Source: Actinomycetota bacterium
GTDB taxonomy: Bacteria; Actinomycetota; UBA4738; CALAEC01
Assembly (NCBI GenBank): GCA_036396755.1
Contig: DASWKG010000112.1
Coordinates: 1 to 52,289 of the forward strand
Direction: 5' to 3'
DNA length: 52,289 bases
Shown: positions 16,709 to 24,981 of the stretch, one piece after another
Layout of the letters: every line of letters begins with the position of its first letter
How positions within the stretch are numbered: the stretch's first letter is position 1
Notes under the pieces: generated by a model
What the model was told of the DNA's origin: nothing
The model's input: only the letters and a program-made list of their open reading frames with translations
Database searches by the model: none
Made by a program: the position numbers and the translations under genes

Positions 16709-17202
16709 TCGGGGTCCTCCTTCCGGGCGAGGACGACCGCGCCGATGAGCGCGGCGAGGAGCAGGAACGAGACGACCTCGAACGGCATCACGAACGTCGT
16801 GAAGATGCTGCTGCCCGTCTCGGCGGTCGTGGTGGCGGCGGCCGTGTCGATCCGCTCGCCGCGGAACGCCCCGTCGATCAGGAAGACCAGGCCCACGATG
16901 ATGCCGACCGCGACGATGCCGGCGAGCACCCGCTGCTGGTTGTCGAGCGCCTCACGACCGATCGGGGCCCGCGTGAGCATGAGCCCGAAGAGCAGGAGGA
17001 CGACGATCGCGCCCACGTAGATCAGCACCTGCACCCAGGCGACGAACTCGGCCCCCAAAAGGAGGTAGACCGCGCCCACCATGGCCAGCGTGACGACGAG
17101 GTAGAGGGCCGCGTGCACGACGTTCTTGGCCGTCACGAGGCGAGCGCCCGCTCCCAGCCCGATCAGGGCCAGGACGGTGAAGAACCACTCCTGCCAGGTC
17201 AC
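16705..17202 (-). CDS. nuoJ: NADH-quinone oxidoreductase subunit J, truncated operon copy
   Basis: 165 aa starting at GTG 17202, which overlaps the nuoI stop (GTGA). Motif [16 protein letters not shown]. The rest of the 366-aa track ORF is spurious. Confidence 0.85.
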   Translation of the reverse strand: MTWQEWFFTVLALIGLGAGARLVTAKNVVHAALYLVVTLAMVGAVYLLLGAEFVAWVQVLIYVGAIVVLLLFGLMLTRAPIGREALDNQQRVLAGIVAVGIIVGLVFLIDGAFRGERIDTAAATTTAETGSSIFTTFVMPFEVVSFLLLAALIGAVVLARKEDPE

Positions 17203-18005
17203 CCCCCACCCTCCTGGGCCTTCTCGCGGGCGGCCCGGACGGCGGCGGCCTTCGCGCGCCCCTCGGCGACGCGGGGGTTGACGCCCTTGTCGATCTGCTC
17301 CTTCAGCACGCGCTCGTAGGTCGCCGCGTCGGGCTCGACCTCGACCCGAGGAGCCGGAGCGGCTGCGGGCGGACCGGCCTCCGCGGCCGGAGCGGGCGCC
17401 GGGGAAGCTGCCGCCGGGGACGGCGACGCGACGGACGCGGCGGCCGGCTGCGCGATGGTGACGGCGGCCACCTCGGGAGGCTCGGCCTCCTGCGGCGGCA
17501 TCGCGCCCTCCTCGAGCTCGGGCGGCGGCAGCACCTTGTAGGTCCACTCGTCGAGCTTCTCCTTCTCGTGGGTCAGCTCGCTGATCTCGTAGGTGGAGTA
17601 CTCGAACTCCGGGCTCCAGAACAGCGCGTCGAACGGGCACACCTCGACGCAGATGCCGCAGTACATGCAGAGGGCGAAGTCGATCGCGAAGCGGTCGAGC
17701 ACCTTCGCCGAGCGCGCCCGGCCGCCCGAGGCGGGCTCGTGCGACTCCTTGTGCGACTCGATGTAGATGCACCAGTCGGGGCACTCGCGCGAGCACTTCC
17801 AGCACACCGTGCAGTTCTCCTGCTTCAGCGCGATGACCCCCCGCGTCCGAGGCGGCAGGACCGGCTTCTCGTGCGGGTACTGCTGGGTGATCGAGCGGGA
17901 CATGAGGTGCTTCAGGGTGACGAGAAGCCCCTTGAGGAGCCCGATGCCCGGAAGGGCGCGCGGCGGCCGCTCGTTCTCGTCGATGCGGTCGGTCTCGGTC
18001 GCCAT
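17199..18005 (-). CDS. nuoI: NADH-quinone oxidoreductase subunit I, truncated operon copy, with a ~110-aa C-terminal extension
   Basis: Two 4Fe-4S motifs, [12 protein letters not shown] and [12 protein letters not shown], lie in the first ~130 aa. Residues ~160-268 form an Ala/Pro-rich stretch plus a basic helical tail. Confidence 0.88.
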   Translation of the reverse strand: MATETDRIDENERPPRALPGIGLLKGLLVTLKHLMSRSITQQYPHEKPVLPPRTRGVIALKQENCTVCWKCSRECPDWCIYIESHKESHEPASGGRARSAKVLDRFAIDFALCMYCGICVEVCPFDALFWSPEFEYSTYEISELTHEKEKLDEWTYKVLPPPELEEGAMPPQEAEPPEVAAVTIAQPAAASVASPSPAAASPAPAPAAEAGPPAAAPAPRVEVEPDAATYERVLKEQIDKGVNPRVAEGRAKAAAVRAAREKAQEGGG

Positions 18006-18015
18006 CAGGTTCGCC

Positions 18016-19017
18016 TCACGAGACCGCCACCTTGACGACGGCGGTGATCAGGATGTTCGCGAGCGAGAGGGGGATCAGCACGATCCAGGAGAACCGCTGG
18101 AGCTGGTCCTCCCGGAGCCGCGGGTAGGTGGCCCGCAGCCAGATGATGAGGAAGCTCAGCCCGCCGATCTTCGCCGACATCCAGATGAACCCGGGCAGGA
18201 AGCCGAGGGCCGGCGGGGGGAGGTAGCCGCCCAGGTAGAGCACCGAGGCGACCGCCGCCAGCACCACGATCCCCGCGTACTCGGCGAGCAGGAAGAAGGC
18301 GAACTTCATGCCGGTGTACTCGGTGTAGGCGCCGAAGATGATCTCGGAGTCGGCGACCGGCATGTCGAACGGCGTTCGCACCAGCTCGGCCAGCGAGGCG
18401 ATCACGAAGATCAGGAAGCCCTGGGGCTGCACCAGGATGTACCAGAAGCCGTTCTGCGCCTCGGTGATGCTCACGAGCGACAGCGAGCCGGCGAGCATCG
18501 CGACCGCCACGGCGGCCAGGATGAGCGGCAGCTCGTAGGCGATGAGCTGGGCGGCGGCGCGGAGCGCGCCGATCAGCGAGAACTTGTTCGCCGAGGCCCA
18601 GCCGGCCATCAGCACGCCAACGACGGAGACCGTCGAGACCGACATCAGGAAGAACAGGCCGACGTCGAGGTCCTCGATCCAGATGGTGGGGCCGAAGGGC
18701 ACCACGATGAACGTGAGGATCACCGGGACCAGGAACACCGCTGGGGCGAACGTGAACACCCAGCGGTCGGCGGCGCTCGGGATGATGTCCTCCTTCTGGA
18801 TGAACTTCACGCCGTCGGCGATGAGCTGGGCCCATCCGTGAAACTTCCCGGCCTCCATCGGGCCCAGCCGGTGCTGCATGTGGGCCAGGATCTTGTGCTC
18901 GGCGTAGCCGACCACCATCGGTGCGGTCAGGAAGAAGCCCATGACCAGGATCACCTTGGTCCCGGCGGCGAGCCAGAAGTTGTTGAAGAAGGTGTCGATG
19001 AAGCCGGCGGCGATCAC
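18016..19017 (-). CDS. nuoH: NADH-quinone oxidoreductase subunit H, truncated operon copy
   Basis: Motifs [15 protein letters not shown] and [11 protein letters not shown]. The GTG at 19017 overlaps the nuoC stop (GTGA). Confidence 0.88.
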   Translation of the reverse strand: MIAAGFIDTFFNNFWLAAGTKVILVMGFFLTAPMVVGYAEHKILAHMQHRLGPMEAGKFHGWAQLIADGVKFIQKEDIIPSAADRWVFTFAPAVFLVPVILTFIVVPFGPTIWIEDLDVGLFFLMSVSTVSVVGVLMAGWASANKFSLIGALRAAAQLIAYELPLILAAVAVAMLAGSLSLVSITEAQNGFWYILVQPQGFLIFVIASLAELVRTPFDMPVADSEIIFGAYTEYTGMKFAFFLLAEYAGIVVLAAVASVLYLGGYLPPPALGFLPGFIWMSAKIGGLSFLIIWLRATYPRLREDQLQRFSWIVLIPLSLANILITAVVKVAVS

Positions 19018-19526
19018 TCCTCTTCCTCCTCGCCCTCGACGGCGCCCGGCCACGGCTTGGCCACGCGGCTCATGAGCACGAAGTCCTTGCGCCCCGGGAA
19101 GCCCTCGAACTCCTCGGGCAGCAGCAGCTTCAGAAGGCCGGGGTGGCCGTCGAAGCGGATGCCGAAGAGCTCCCAGGTCTCGCGCTCGTGCCAGTCGGCG
19201 CCCGGGTAGAGGTCGTGGATGGAGGGGCAGGTCGGGTCCTCGCGGTCGCAGCGGACCTTCACCCGCACGTGGCCGTGGTGGGAGGTCGAGAAGAGCTGGG
19301 TCACGACGTCGAACCCCTCGTCCTGCAGGTCGACCCCGGCGACGAAGTCGATGAAGTCGAAGGCCAGCTCGGCGTCGTCGCGGAGCGTTTGCACCAGCTC
19401 GCGGTAACGCTCGGGCTTCACCCGGACGACGGCCTGCCCATGCGGCTCGCTCGTCTCGGTGACGTCCTCACCGAGCTGGGCGCGGAGCCGCTGGACGATC
19501 TCAGCTGGGGACGGTGAGCTTGCCAC
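19014..19526 (-). CDS. nuoC: NADH-quinone oxidoreductase subunit C (30-kDa subunit), truncated operon copy
   Basis: 170 aa with the motif [25 protein letters not shown]. It is followed directly by nuoH, with no nuoD. Confidence 0.88.
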   Translation of the reverse strand: MASSPSPAEIVQRLRAQLGEDVTETSEPHGQAVVRVKPERYRELVQTLRDDAELAFDFIDFVAGVDLQDEGFDVVTQLFSTSHHGHVRVKVRCDREDPTCPSIHDLYPGADWHERETWELFGIRFDGHPGLLKLLLPEEFEGFPGRKDFVLMSRVAKPWPGAVEGEEEEE

Positions 19527-19998
19527 TCCACTTCTCCCTGATGTCCTCGTTGGCGATCTTCTCCTGGAGCTTCAGGATCCCCTGCAGCAGCGCCTCGGGC
19601 CGGGGCGGGCAGCCCGGCACGTAGACGTCGACGGGGAGGATCTGGTCGACGCCCTTGGTGACGGAGTACGAGTCCCAGTACGGGCCGCCGCAGTTCGAGC
19701 AGGCGCCGAAGGAGATCACGTACTTCGGGTCGGGGATCTGGTCGTAGACCCGCTTCAGCGCAGGGGCCATCTTGTCGGTGAGGGTGCCGGCGACCACGAG
19801 CAGGTCGGCCTGGCGCGGGCCGTGGGCGACGGGGATCACGCCGAGGCGGATGAAGTCGTGCTTTGAGGTGGAGGCCGCGATCAGCTCGATCGCGCAGCAC
19901 GCGAGGCCGAAGTTCATGACCCACAGCGAGTAGCGGCGGCCCCAGTTCAGCAGGAACTTGACCGGCTGGGGCATCGGGACCTTGTCCAGCAGGCCCAT
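19501..19998 (-). CDS. nuoB: NADH-quinone oxidoreductase subunit B, truncated operon copy
   Basis: 165 aa. The N2-cluster cysteines are retained ([25 protein letters not shown]). Confidence 0.9.
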   Translation of the reverse strand: MGLLDKVPMPQPVKFLLNWGRRYSLWVMNFGLACCAIELIAASTSKHDFIRLGVIPVAHGPRQADLLVVAGTLTDKMAPALKRVYDQIPDPKYVISFGACSNCGGPYWDSYSVTKGVDQILPVDVYVPGCPPRPEALLQGILKLQEKIANEDIREKWSGKLTVPS

Positions 19999-20022
19999 CT
20001 CAGGCGCCCCTCCGCTCGTGGA

Positions 20023-20388
20023 TCAGGTCCACCGCAGGACCCCCTTCTTCCAGGCATAGAGCAGGCCCACGCCGAGGATCACGATGAAGATGCTCATCTC
20101 GACCACCGCGAACCAGCCGAGCCGGTCGAACACGACGGCCCAGGGGAACAGGAACACGCTCTCGACGTCGAAGATCACGAACAGGAAGGCGTAGATGTAG
20201 TAGCGGATCTGGCTCTGCGACCATCCCTCCCCCACCGGGTCGATCCCGCACTCGTAGGTCGTGAGCTTCTCGGGGAGCTGGCGGCGGGGGGCGATCATCC
20301 GAGCGAGGAGCACGGCGACAGCGACCAACCCCGCGCCGGCGAGGGTCAGCCCGACGAGCGTGCCGTAGGAACGAAGGTAGAGGTCCAT
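20023..20388 (-). CDS. nuoA: NADH-quinone oxidoreductase subunit A, truncated operon copy
   Basis: 121 aa from the ATG at 20388 (MDLYLRSYG..). Motifs YECGIDP and FLFVIFDVESVFLFPWA. Confidence 0.88.
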   Translation of the reverse strand: MDLYLRSYGTLVGLTLAGAGLVAVAVLLARMIAPRRQLPEKLTTYECGIDPVGEGWSQSQIRYYIYAFLFVIFDVESVFLFPWAVVFDRLGWFAVVEMSIFIVILGVGLLYAWKKGVLRWT

Positions 20389-20391
20389 AGC

Positions 20392-20409
20392 TTGTGAATC
20401 TTTTCTCGA
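20392..20409 (-). promoter_or_regulatory. Rex-like operator, degenerate (minus strand TCGAGAA-AAGA-TTCACAA)
   Basis: 15 of 18 positions are informative against the Rex consensus TTGTGAAnnnnTTCACAA. One half-site is perfect and the other has 2 mismatches. It lies 3 nt upstream of the nuoA ATG of the truncated operon. Confidence 0.4.
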
Positions 20410-20680
20410 GCGGGATTCTAGCAAGGGGGGTTGGGCGCCCTGAAATCGGCGCCGGGGCCACTCGCGCATGCCCGATGATCCGCGCCCCGATCCCCGGCGC
20501 GTGACGCCGAACTTCACACGCCCCGGGCACCTCCCCCGGCGCGTTCCGCGCCGACCCCCGCAGCGTTCCGTTCCCCCTCCGCATCGTGCACGGCGTTCTC
20601 ACGCCGTTCGGTTGGAGGACGCGGACCCGGTCCACGGGTCGGAGTCCCGAACCGCAGACGCGACGGAGAGGAGGGAAGCG

Positions 20681-20824
20681 ATGCCACGGATCCGGATCAG
20701 GAAGCCGGTCAGTCGCCGGACCAGGAGGCCATCGGTGCTTCCCCTCGATGCTCGCGACCCCGACGTGGTGCGGGCCAAGGAGCTCGCCCGGAAAGGAGGT
20801 GGCACGGCCGGATCCCCGCAGTGA
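20681..20824 (+). CDS. Possible small basic protein (47 aa), hypothetical
   Basis: Reads MPRIRIRKPVSRRTRRPSVLPLDARDPDVVRAKELARKGGGTAGSPQ. It is preceded by GGAGAGGAGGG 5 nt upstream. GC3 is about 79%, which is lower than for solid genes here. Confidence 0.35.
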   Translation: MPRIRIRKPVSRRTRRPSVLPLDARDPDVVRAKELARKGGGTAGSPQ

Positions 20825-20920
20825 GCCGTCTCGAACCGGCACCTGTTCGAGCGAGCCGCCCGGCGGCTCGGCACACACCGACCACGGGGCCAACGGCCCC
20901 CAGAGCACAAGGAGGTAACG

Positions 20921-21406
20921 ATGTTCCACCAGACCCGCAAGATGGCCGCGGCCGCCCTCGCCGCGGTGGCCCTCGCGACGATGCTGAGCGGCGGCGCAAC
21001 GGCCGCGGTGCGCAACCACGGCGCCTACAGCCTGCCGCTTCCCGACACGCAGGGGGCCGTGCTGGAGATCCTCGGCCAGCAGGTGTCCACGGCCGGACGG
21101 ACCGACCAGGTCGTCAGGCTCGCCTGGGACAACCTGGCCGACGTGCAGGCCAACGGCGGCCTCGTCCTGGAGAAGACCGGCTACTCGTGCCCCGGGACCG
21201 ACATGAAGGTCTCGATCGCGGCCGAGGCGCTCGGTGCCGCCGACGCCTACGTGTCGGTCCTGTACTCGTTCACCGAGTGGACGTTCGACAGCACCACCGG
21301 CCAGTTCGAGCCCACCGAGGGGAGCATGGGCGACACGCTCGTCGACAATGACGGCGCCGCCGCGCAGGACCAGCTGATCGAGCTGGTCAAGATCTGCACC
21401 CAGTAG
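20921..21406 (+). CDS. Secreted hypothetical protein (161 aa)
   Basis: AAGGAGG lies 6 nt upstream of the start. It has a signal peptide (AAAALAAVALATMLSGGATAA) and very high GC3, and a strong hairpin follows. I recognise no family. Confidence 0.8.
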   Translation: MFHQTRKMAAAALAAVALATMLSGGATAAVRNHGAYSLPLPDTQGAVLEILGQQVSTAGRTDQVVRLAWDNLADVQANGGLVLEKTGYSCPGTDMKVSIAAEALGAADAYVSVLYSFTEWTFDSTTGQFEPTEGSMGDTLVDNDGAAAQDQLIELVKICTQ

Positions 21407-21418
21407 CAGCCCGCCCCG

Positions 21419-21450
21419 GACGGAGCCCGGCCACGGGGCCGGGCTCCGTC
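21419..21450 (+). terminator. Intrinsic-terminator-like hairpin (perfect 14-bp stem, ACGG loop)
   Basis: GACGGAGCCCGGCC-ACGG-GGCCGGGCTCCGTC lies 13 nt after the stop of the 161-aa ORF and is followed by TCCCGGGTTCC. Confidence 0.6.
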
Positions 21451-21494
21451 TCCCGGGTTCCGGACTCGGGGCCCGCGCAACCGGAAGGAGCATC

Positions 21495-22451
21495 ATGTCG
21501 GACCGAACCCGTCGCCCTCTGGCAGCCGCAGCGCTCGCCCTCGCCCTCGCCGGGGCCCTGGCTCCCCCGTCCGGCGCCTCGGCCCAGGGACCGTGCGAGG
21601 CCCCGGATGCCGACCACCTCTCGGTCCGTCTCGGAGCCGAGGGGGTGACGCTCGGGCCCGTCGCCGACCCCGAGGTCTGCGTGGAGGCGGACCCCGCCGC
21701 CGTCTCTCTCGTCGCCCGCCCCATCTCTCACGAGGGCTGCGGCGACCCCTGCTACAGCGTGGAGACCTCGATCGCCGGCGGCGGGAACGTCCTGGTCGTC
21801 GTGCGCTTCCGGGTGAACGGCCGGCAGGAGCGGGTCACGCTCGGGCCCCAGCAGGTGGGCCCCGGGCCGGCCCTGTCGATGTGCACCTCGGTGGGAACGC
21901 CCCCGCCCGAGTGCCCGACCGACCCGCAGCCGTCCCCCGACCCGGAGCCGTCGCCTTCGCCGTCGCCGTCGCCGTCGCCGTCGGCCAGCCCGGAGCCGTC
22001 GCCCCCGCCGAGCCCGGAGCCGTCGCCCTCGGCCAGCCCGCAGCCGTCGCCGCAGCCGAGCCCGCAGCCGTCGCCGGATCCCGAGGGCCCGCCCCCGGCA
22101 CCCGAGCCGTCGCCCTCGCCCGAGCCCGACCCCGAGCCGCGGGATCGCGGCGTGACGCTCTGGGCGGGCCGGGGCGCGCCCGGGATCCGCCGGGTGGTCC
22201 GGCTGGCAGGGCTCGTGGAGGGGCCGGCTGGCTGCGTGGCGAAGCAGCGTGTGCGGCTCAGGGCCCGGGCCTCCGGCGCCCATGGCTACCGGTCGGTCCG
22301 CTCGACCCGAACCGAGGACGACGGCGGCTTCGCGTTCGAGCTTCGCTCGCGGGGGCCGCGTGTCTTCCGGGCGGCCGTCCCGGCCGGCGACGGATGCCCG
22401 GCCGCGACGTCGGCTCCCGTCGCCGCGGGAGGCGTCAGTCGGGACGGATGA
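21495..22451 (+). CDS. Secreted hypothetical protein with a Pro/Ser-rich linker (318 aa)
   Basis: GGAAGGAG lies upstream. The signal peptide carries TRRPL (possibly Tat-like). The N-terminal domain is Cys-containing, followed by a ~70-aa (PS/PE)n linker and a C-terminal ~100-aa beta-rich region. GC3 is high. Confidence 0.78.
   Translation: MSDRTRRPLAAAALALALAGALAPPSGASAQGPCEAPDADHLSVRLGAEGVTLGPVADPEVCVEADPAAVSLVARPISHEGCGDPCYSVETSIAGGGNVLVVVRFRVNGRQERVTLGPQQVGPGPALSMCTSVGTPPPECPTDPQPSPDPEPSPSPSPSPSPSASPEPSPPPSPEPSPSASPQPSPQPSPQPSPDPEGPPPAPEPSPSPEPDPEPRDRGVTLWAGRGAPGIRRVVRLAGLVEGPAGCVAKQRVRLRARASGAHGYRSVRSTRTEDDGGFAFELRSRGPRVFRAAVPAGDGCPAATSAPVAAGGVSRDG
21947..21982 (+). repeat. Hexanucleotide tandem repeat (GCCGTC)x6, one variant unit, coding for (PS)n
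   Basis: Reads gccgtc gccttc gccgtc gccgtc gccgtc gccgtc. It sits inside a longer degenerate SP/EP-coding tract at about 21921-22140. Confidence 0.7.
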
Positions 22452-22869
22452 TGATGCTCGTGGTGACGCGGCCGGCGCACGTCTGGACCATCTTGACCTG
22501 CCCGGTGGTCTCGCCGCCGGCGAAGTTGACCTCGGCGTCGTTCGTCTCGACCTCGTCGAACGTGACGCCGTAGCCGGCGGCGGGGAACGCTGCGCGCCAG
22601 CCCTCGTAGGCCTCCTCGAGGTCCCCGGACCAGTAGCCCTCGACCACCGAGGAGGGACCGGCCTCGCGCTGGAGCGTGAAGGTCATGAGATCCGGCGTCG
22701 GGAACCCCGGCGGAAGGTCCGGGGCGCTCGCGAGCGGCGCGGGCGGCGGGTCGCACTCGGGGAGGCCCGGCGAGCAGGCGGAGGCCGTCGCGGCGGCGAC
22801 GAGAGCGATGAGACCCAAGCGCACGCGGCGAAGTGTAGCGGCCGGCGTCCTCCCGTAGAGTCTCGGCAT
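22435..22869 (-). CDS. Hypothetical lipoprotein (about 144 aa)
   Basis: Lipobox AATASAC and high GC3 through the mature part. The start is uncertain (ATG 22869 or GTG 22824). The 3' end overlaps the convergent 318-aa gene by 17 nt. Confidence 0.6.
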   Translation of the reverse strand: MPRLYGRTPAATLRRVRLGLIALVAAATASACSPGLPECDPPPAPLASAPDLPPGFPTPDLMTFTLQREAGPSSVVEGYWSGDLEEAYEGWRAAFPAAGYGVTFDEVETNDAEVNFAGGETTGQVKMVQTCAGRVTTSIIIRPD

Positions 22870-23704
22870 GCCCACGGACCGCCCGATCGAGTCCGGCGGC
22901 CGGCGCCACCTTCCGGCGCTGCTCGCCTCGATCGTCTTCGTGCTGCCGCTGTGGATCATGGTCGCGGGGTCGCTCCGCGAGCCGGGGGCGCCGCCGCGGG
23001 GGGCGGAGCTCATCCCGTCGAGCCCCTCGCTCGCGAGCTACCCGGCGGCCTTCGACCTCGTCGACATCCCTCGCTACATGCTGAACTCGCTGATCGTGGT
23101 GGTGGTGGCCGTGCCGCTGACGGTGCTGGTGGCGTCGTGGGCGGGGTTCGCGATCTCGCGGCTTGGGGGCCGCGCGGCCGGGGTTCTCGTGGGAGCCTCA
23201 CTCGTCGCGCTGATGATCCCGGCCACGGCGCTGCTCGTCCCGCGCTTCACGATGTTCCGCGTGCTCGGGCTCACCGACACCTTCGTCCCGCTCTGGGCCC
23301 CCGCGTTGCTCGGGACCTCGCCGCTGTACGTCCTCATCTTCGCCTGGAGCTTCCGGCGGCTCCCCGGCGACCTGTTCGACGCCGCGCGCCTCGAGGGGCT
23401 GACCCCGTTCGCGATCTGGCGGCGGGTGGCCATGCCGCTCGTTCGCCCCGTCACCGTGGCGGTCGGCGTGCTCGCGTTCGTGTTCACCTGGGGGAACTTC
23501 CTCGACCCCCTGATCTACCTGTTCGACGAGGCGAAGTTCACGGTGCCGCTCGGGCTGCGGGCGCTCTCGACGCTCGGGCCCCAGGACGCGCCGCTGTTCC
23601 TCGCCGGCGCGGTGGCGGCGAGCGCCCCGGTGGTGATCGCGTTCCTGTACGCCCAGCGGTTCTTCCTGCACGAGCACCGCGAGGCGGGATGGCTCGGGCG
23701 ATGA
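22868..23704 (+). CDS. Carbohydrate-type ABC transporter permease (MalG-like)
   Basis: 278 aa with 6 TM segments and an EAA-type loop (DAARLEGLTPFAIWRRVAMPLVRP). Confidence 0.85.
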   Translation: MPTDRPIESGGRRHLPALLASIVFVLPLWIMVAGSLREPGAPPRGAELIPSSPSLASYPAAFDLVDIPRYMLNSLIVVVVAVPLTVLVASWAGFAISRLGGRAAGVLVGASLVALMIPATALLVPRFTMFRVLGLTDTFVPLWAPALLGTSPLYVLIFAWSFRRLPGDLFDAARLEGLTPFAIWRRVAMPLVRPVTVAVGVLAFVFTWGNFLDPLIYLFDEAKFTVPLGLRALSTLGPQDAPLFLAGAVAASAPVVIAFLYAQRFFLHEHREAGWLGR

Positions 23705-24981
23705 CACGGCTCGGCCTGCTGCTCGTGGCACCCCTCCTCGCCGCGTGCGCCGGCGGCGCGGACGGCGCCACCGACGACGCCGGCACCATCGACTTCATGG
23801 TCTTCGGGGACCCCGAGGAGATCGTCGCCTACGAGAACCTGATCGCCGCGTTCGAGGCGCGGGAGCCCGACGTCGACGTGAACCTCATCGTGACCAGCGA
23901 CCGCGACGACCTGATCGCGAGGCTGTCGACGTCGTTCGCCGGCGGGCAGCCACCCGACCTGTTCCTGATGAACTACCGGTACTACGGTCAGTTCGCGACA
24001 CGGGGCGTGCTGGAGCCGCTGGGGCCGTACCTGGAGGGCTCCGACGTCTTCGAGCGTGAGGACTTCTACGAGGTCGCGATGGACGCGTTCGTGTTCGAGG
24101 GCGAGCAGACGTGCCTGCCCCAGAACATCTCGAGCCTGGTCACCTACTACAACAAGGACCTGTTCGCCGAGGCGAGCGTCCCCGAGCCCACGGCGGGATG
24201 GACCTGGGACGAGATGGTCGAGCGCGCGCTCGCGCTGACGCGGGACACCGACGGGGACGGCACGACCGACGTCTACGGCCTCGGCGCCGGGCCGTCCGTC
24301 ATCCGGATCGCGCCGTTCGTGTGGTCGAACGGCGGCGAGATCGTCGACGACCCCGATCGGCCCACGCGGTTCACGCTCGACACCCCGGAGGCGCAGGAGG
24401 CACTCCAGGCGTTCTTCGACCTCCGACTGGTCCACCAGGTGATCCCCGACGAGCAGGAGGTCGAGTCCGAGGACGACGAGTCCCGGTTCCTGAACGGCGG
24501 GCTCGCGATGGTGCTTTCCTCGCGCCGCTCGACGCCGCTGTTCCGGACGATCACCGACTTCACGTGGGACGTCGCGCCGCTGCCCGTGTTCGACGAGCAG
24601 GCGGGCATCCTGCACGCCGACGCGTACTGCCTGACCGAAGGCTCGGAGAAGAAGGGCGCGTCGTGGACCTTCGCGGAGTTCGCGCTCGGCCCCGAGGGGC
24701 AGGCGATCACCGCGGCGTCGGGGCGCACGGTCCCGTCGCTGATCGAGGTCTCGACGTCGGAGGCGTTCCTCGACCCCTCGGCCGACCCGGCCAGCTCGCA
24801 GGTGTTCATCGACACCATCCCGGTCATCCGCCGGGTGCCGTCCATCTCGACCTGGCCCGAGATCGAGGAGGCGGCCGAACAGCTGCTCGAGCTGGGGCTG
24901 TACGAAGGGGTGCCGGCGAGCGAGGTGGCCCGGTCGATCGACGACGCCACCCGGTCGATCTTCGCCCGGGCCCGCGCCTGA
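23701..24981 (+). CDS. Carbohydrate-type ABC transporter substrate-binding lipoprotein
   Basis: Lipobox LLAACAGG and a family-1 extracellular solute-binding layout. The ATG at 23701 overlaps the permease stop (ATGA), and an in-frame ATG at 23689 is an alternative. The 910-aa track ORF is a spurious upstream extension. Confidence 0.85.
   Translation: MTRLGLLLVAPLLAACAGGADGATDDAGTIDFMVFGDPEEIVAYENLIAAFEAREPDVDVNLIVTSDRDDLIARLSTSFAGGQPPDLFLMNYRYYGQFATRGVLEPLGPYLEGSDVFEREDFYEVAMDAFVFEGEQTCLPQNISSLVTYYNKDLFAEASVPEPTAGWTWDEMVERALALTRDTDGDGTTDVYGLGAGPSVIRIAPFVWSNGGEIVDDPDRPTRFTLDTPEAQEALQAFFDLRLVHQVIPDEQEVESEDDESRFLNGGLAMVLSSRRSTPLFRTITDFTWDVAPLPVFDEQAGILHADAYCLTEGSEKKGASWTFAEFALGPEGQAITAASGRTVPSLIEVSTSEAFLDPSADPASSQVFIDTIPVIRRVPSISTWPEIEEAAEQLLELGLYEGVPASEVARSIDDATRSIFARARA

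Noticed and set aside
19014-19053. Possible hidden nuoD, or a frameshifted remnant, between nuoC and nuoH of the truncated operon
   Set aside because: The nuoC stop and the nuoH GTG overlap (GTGA). The 12 extra N-terminal codons in the track ORF for nuoH are Arg/Gly filler, so there is no space or residual NuoD-like sequence.
20000-21724. 574-aa minus-strand ORF across the large intergenic region and the secreted-protein genes
   Set aside because: It is antisense to two plus-strand genes that have strong SDs, signal peptides and high GC3. It has no motifs of its own.
22249-24981. 910-aa ORF suggesting a large fusion protein
   Set aside because: Only the last ~427 aa (from 23701 or 23689) form a solute-binding lipoprotein. 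The upstream part overlaps the MalG-like permease in another frame and is low-complexity.
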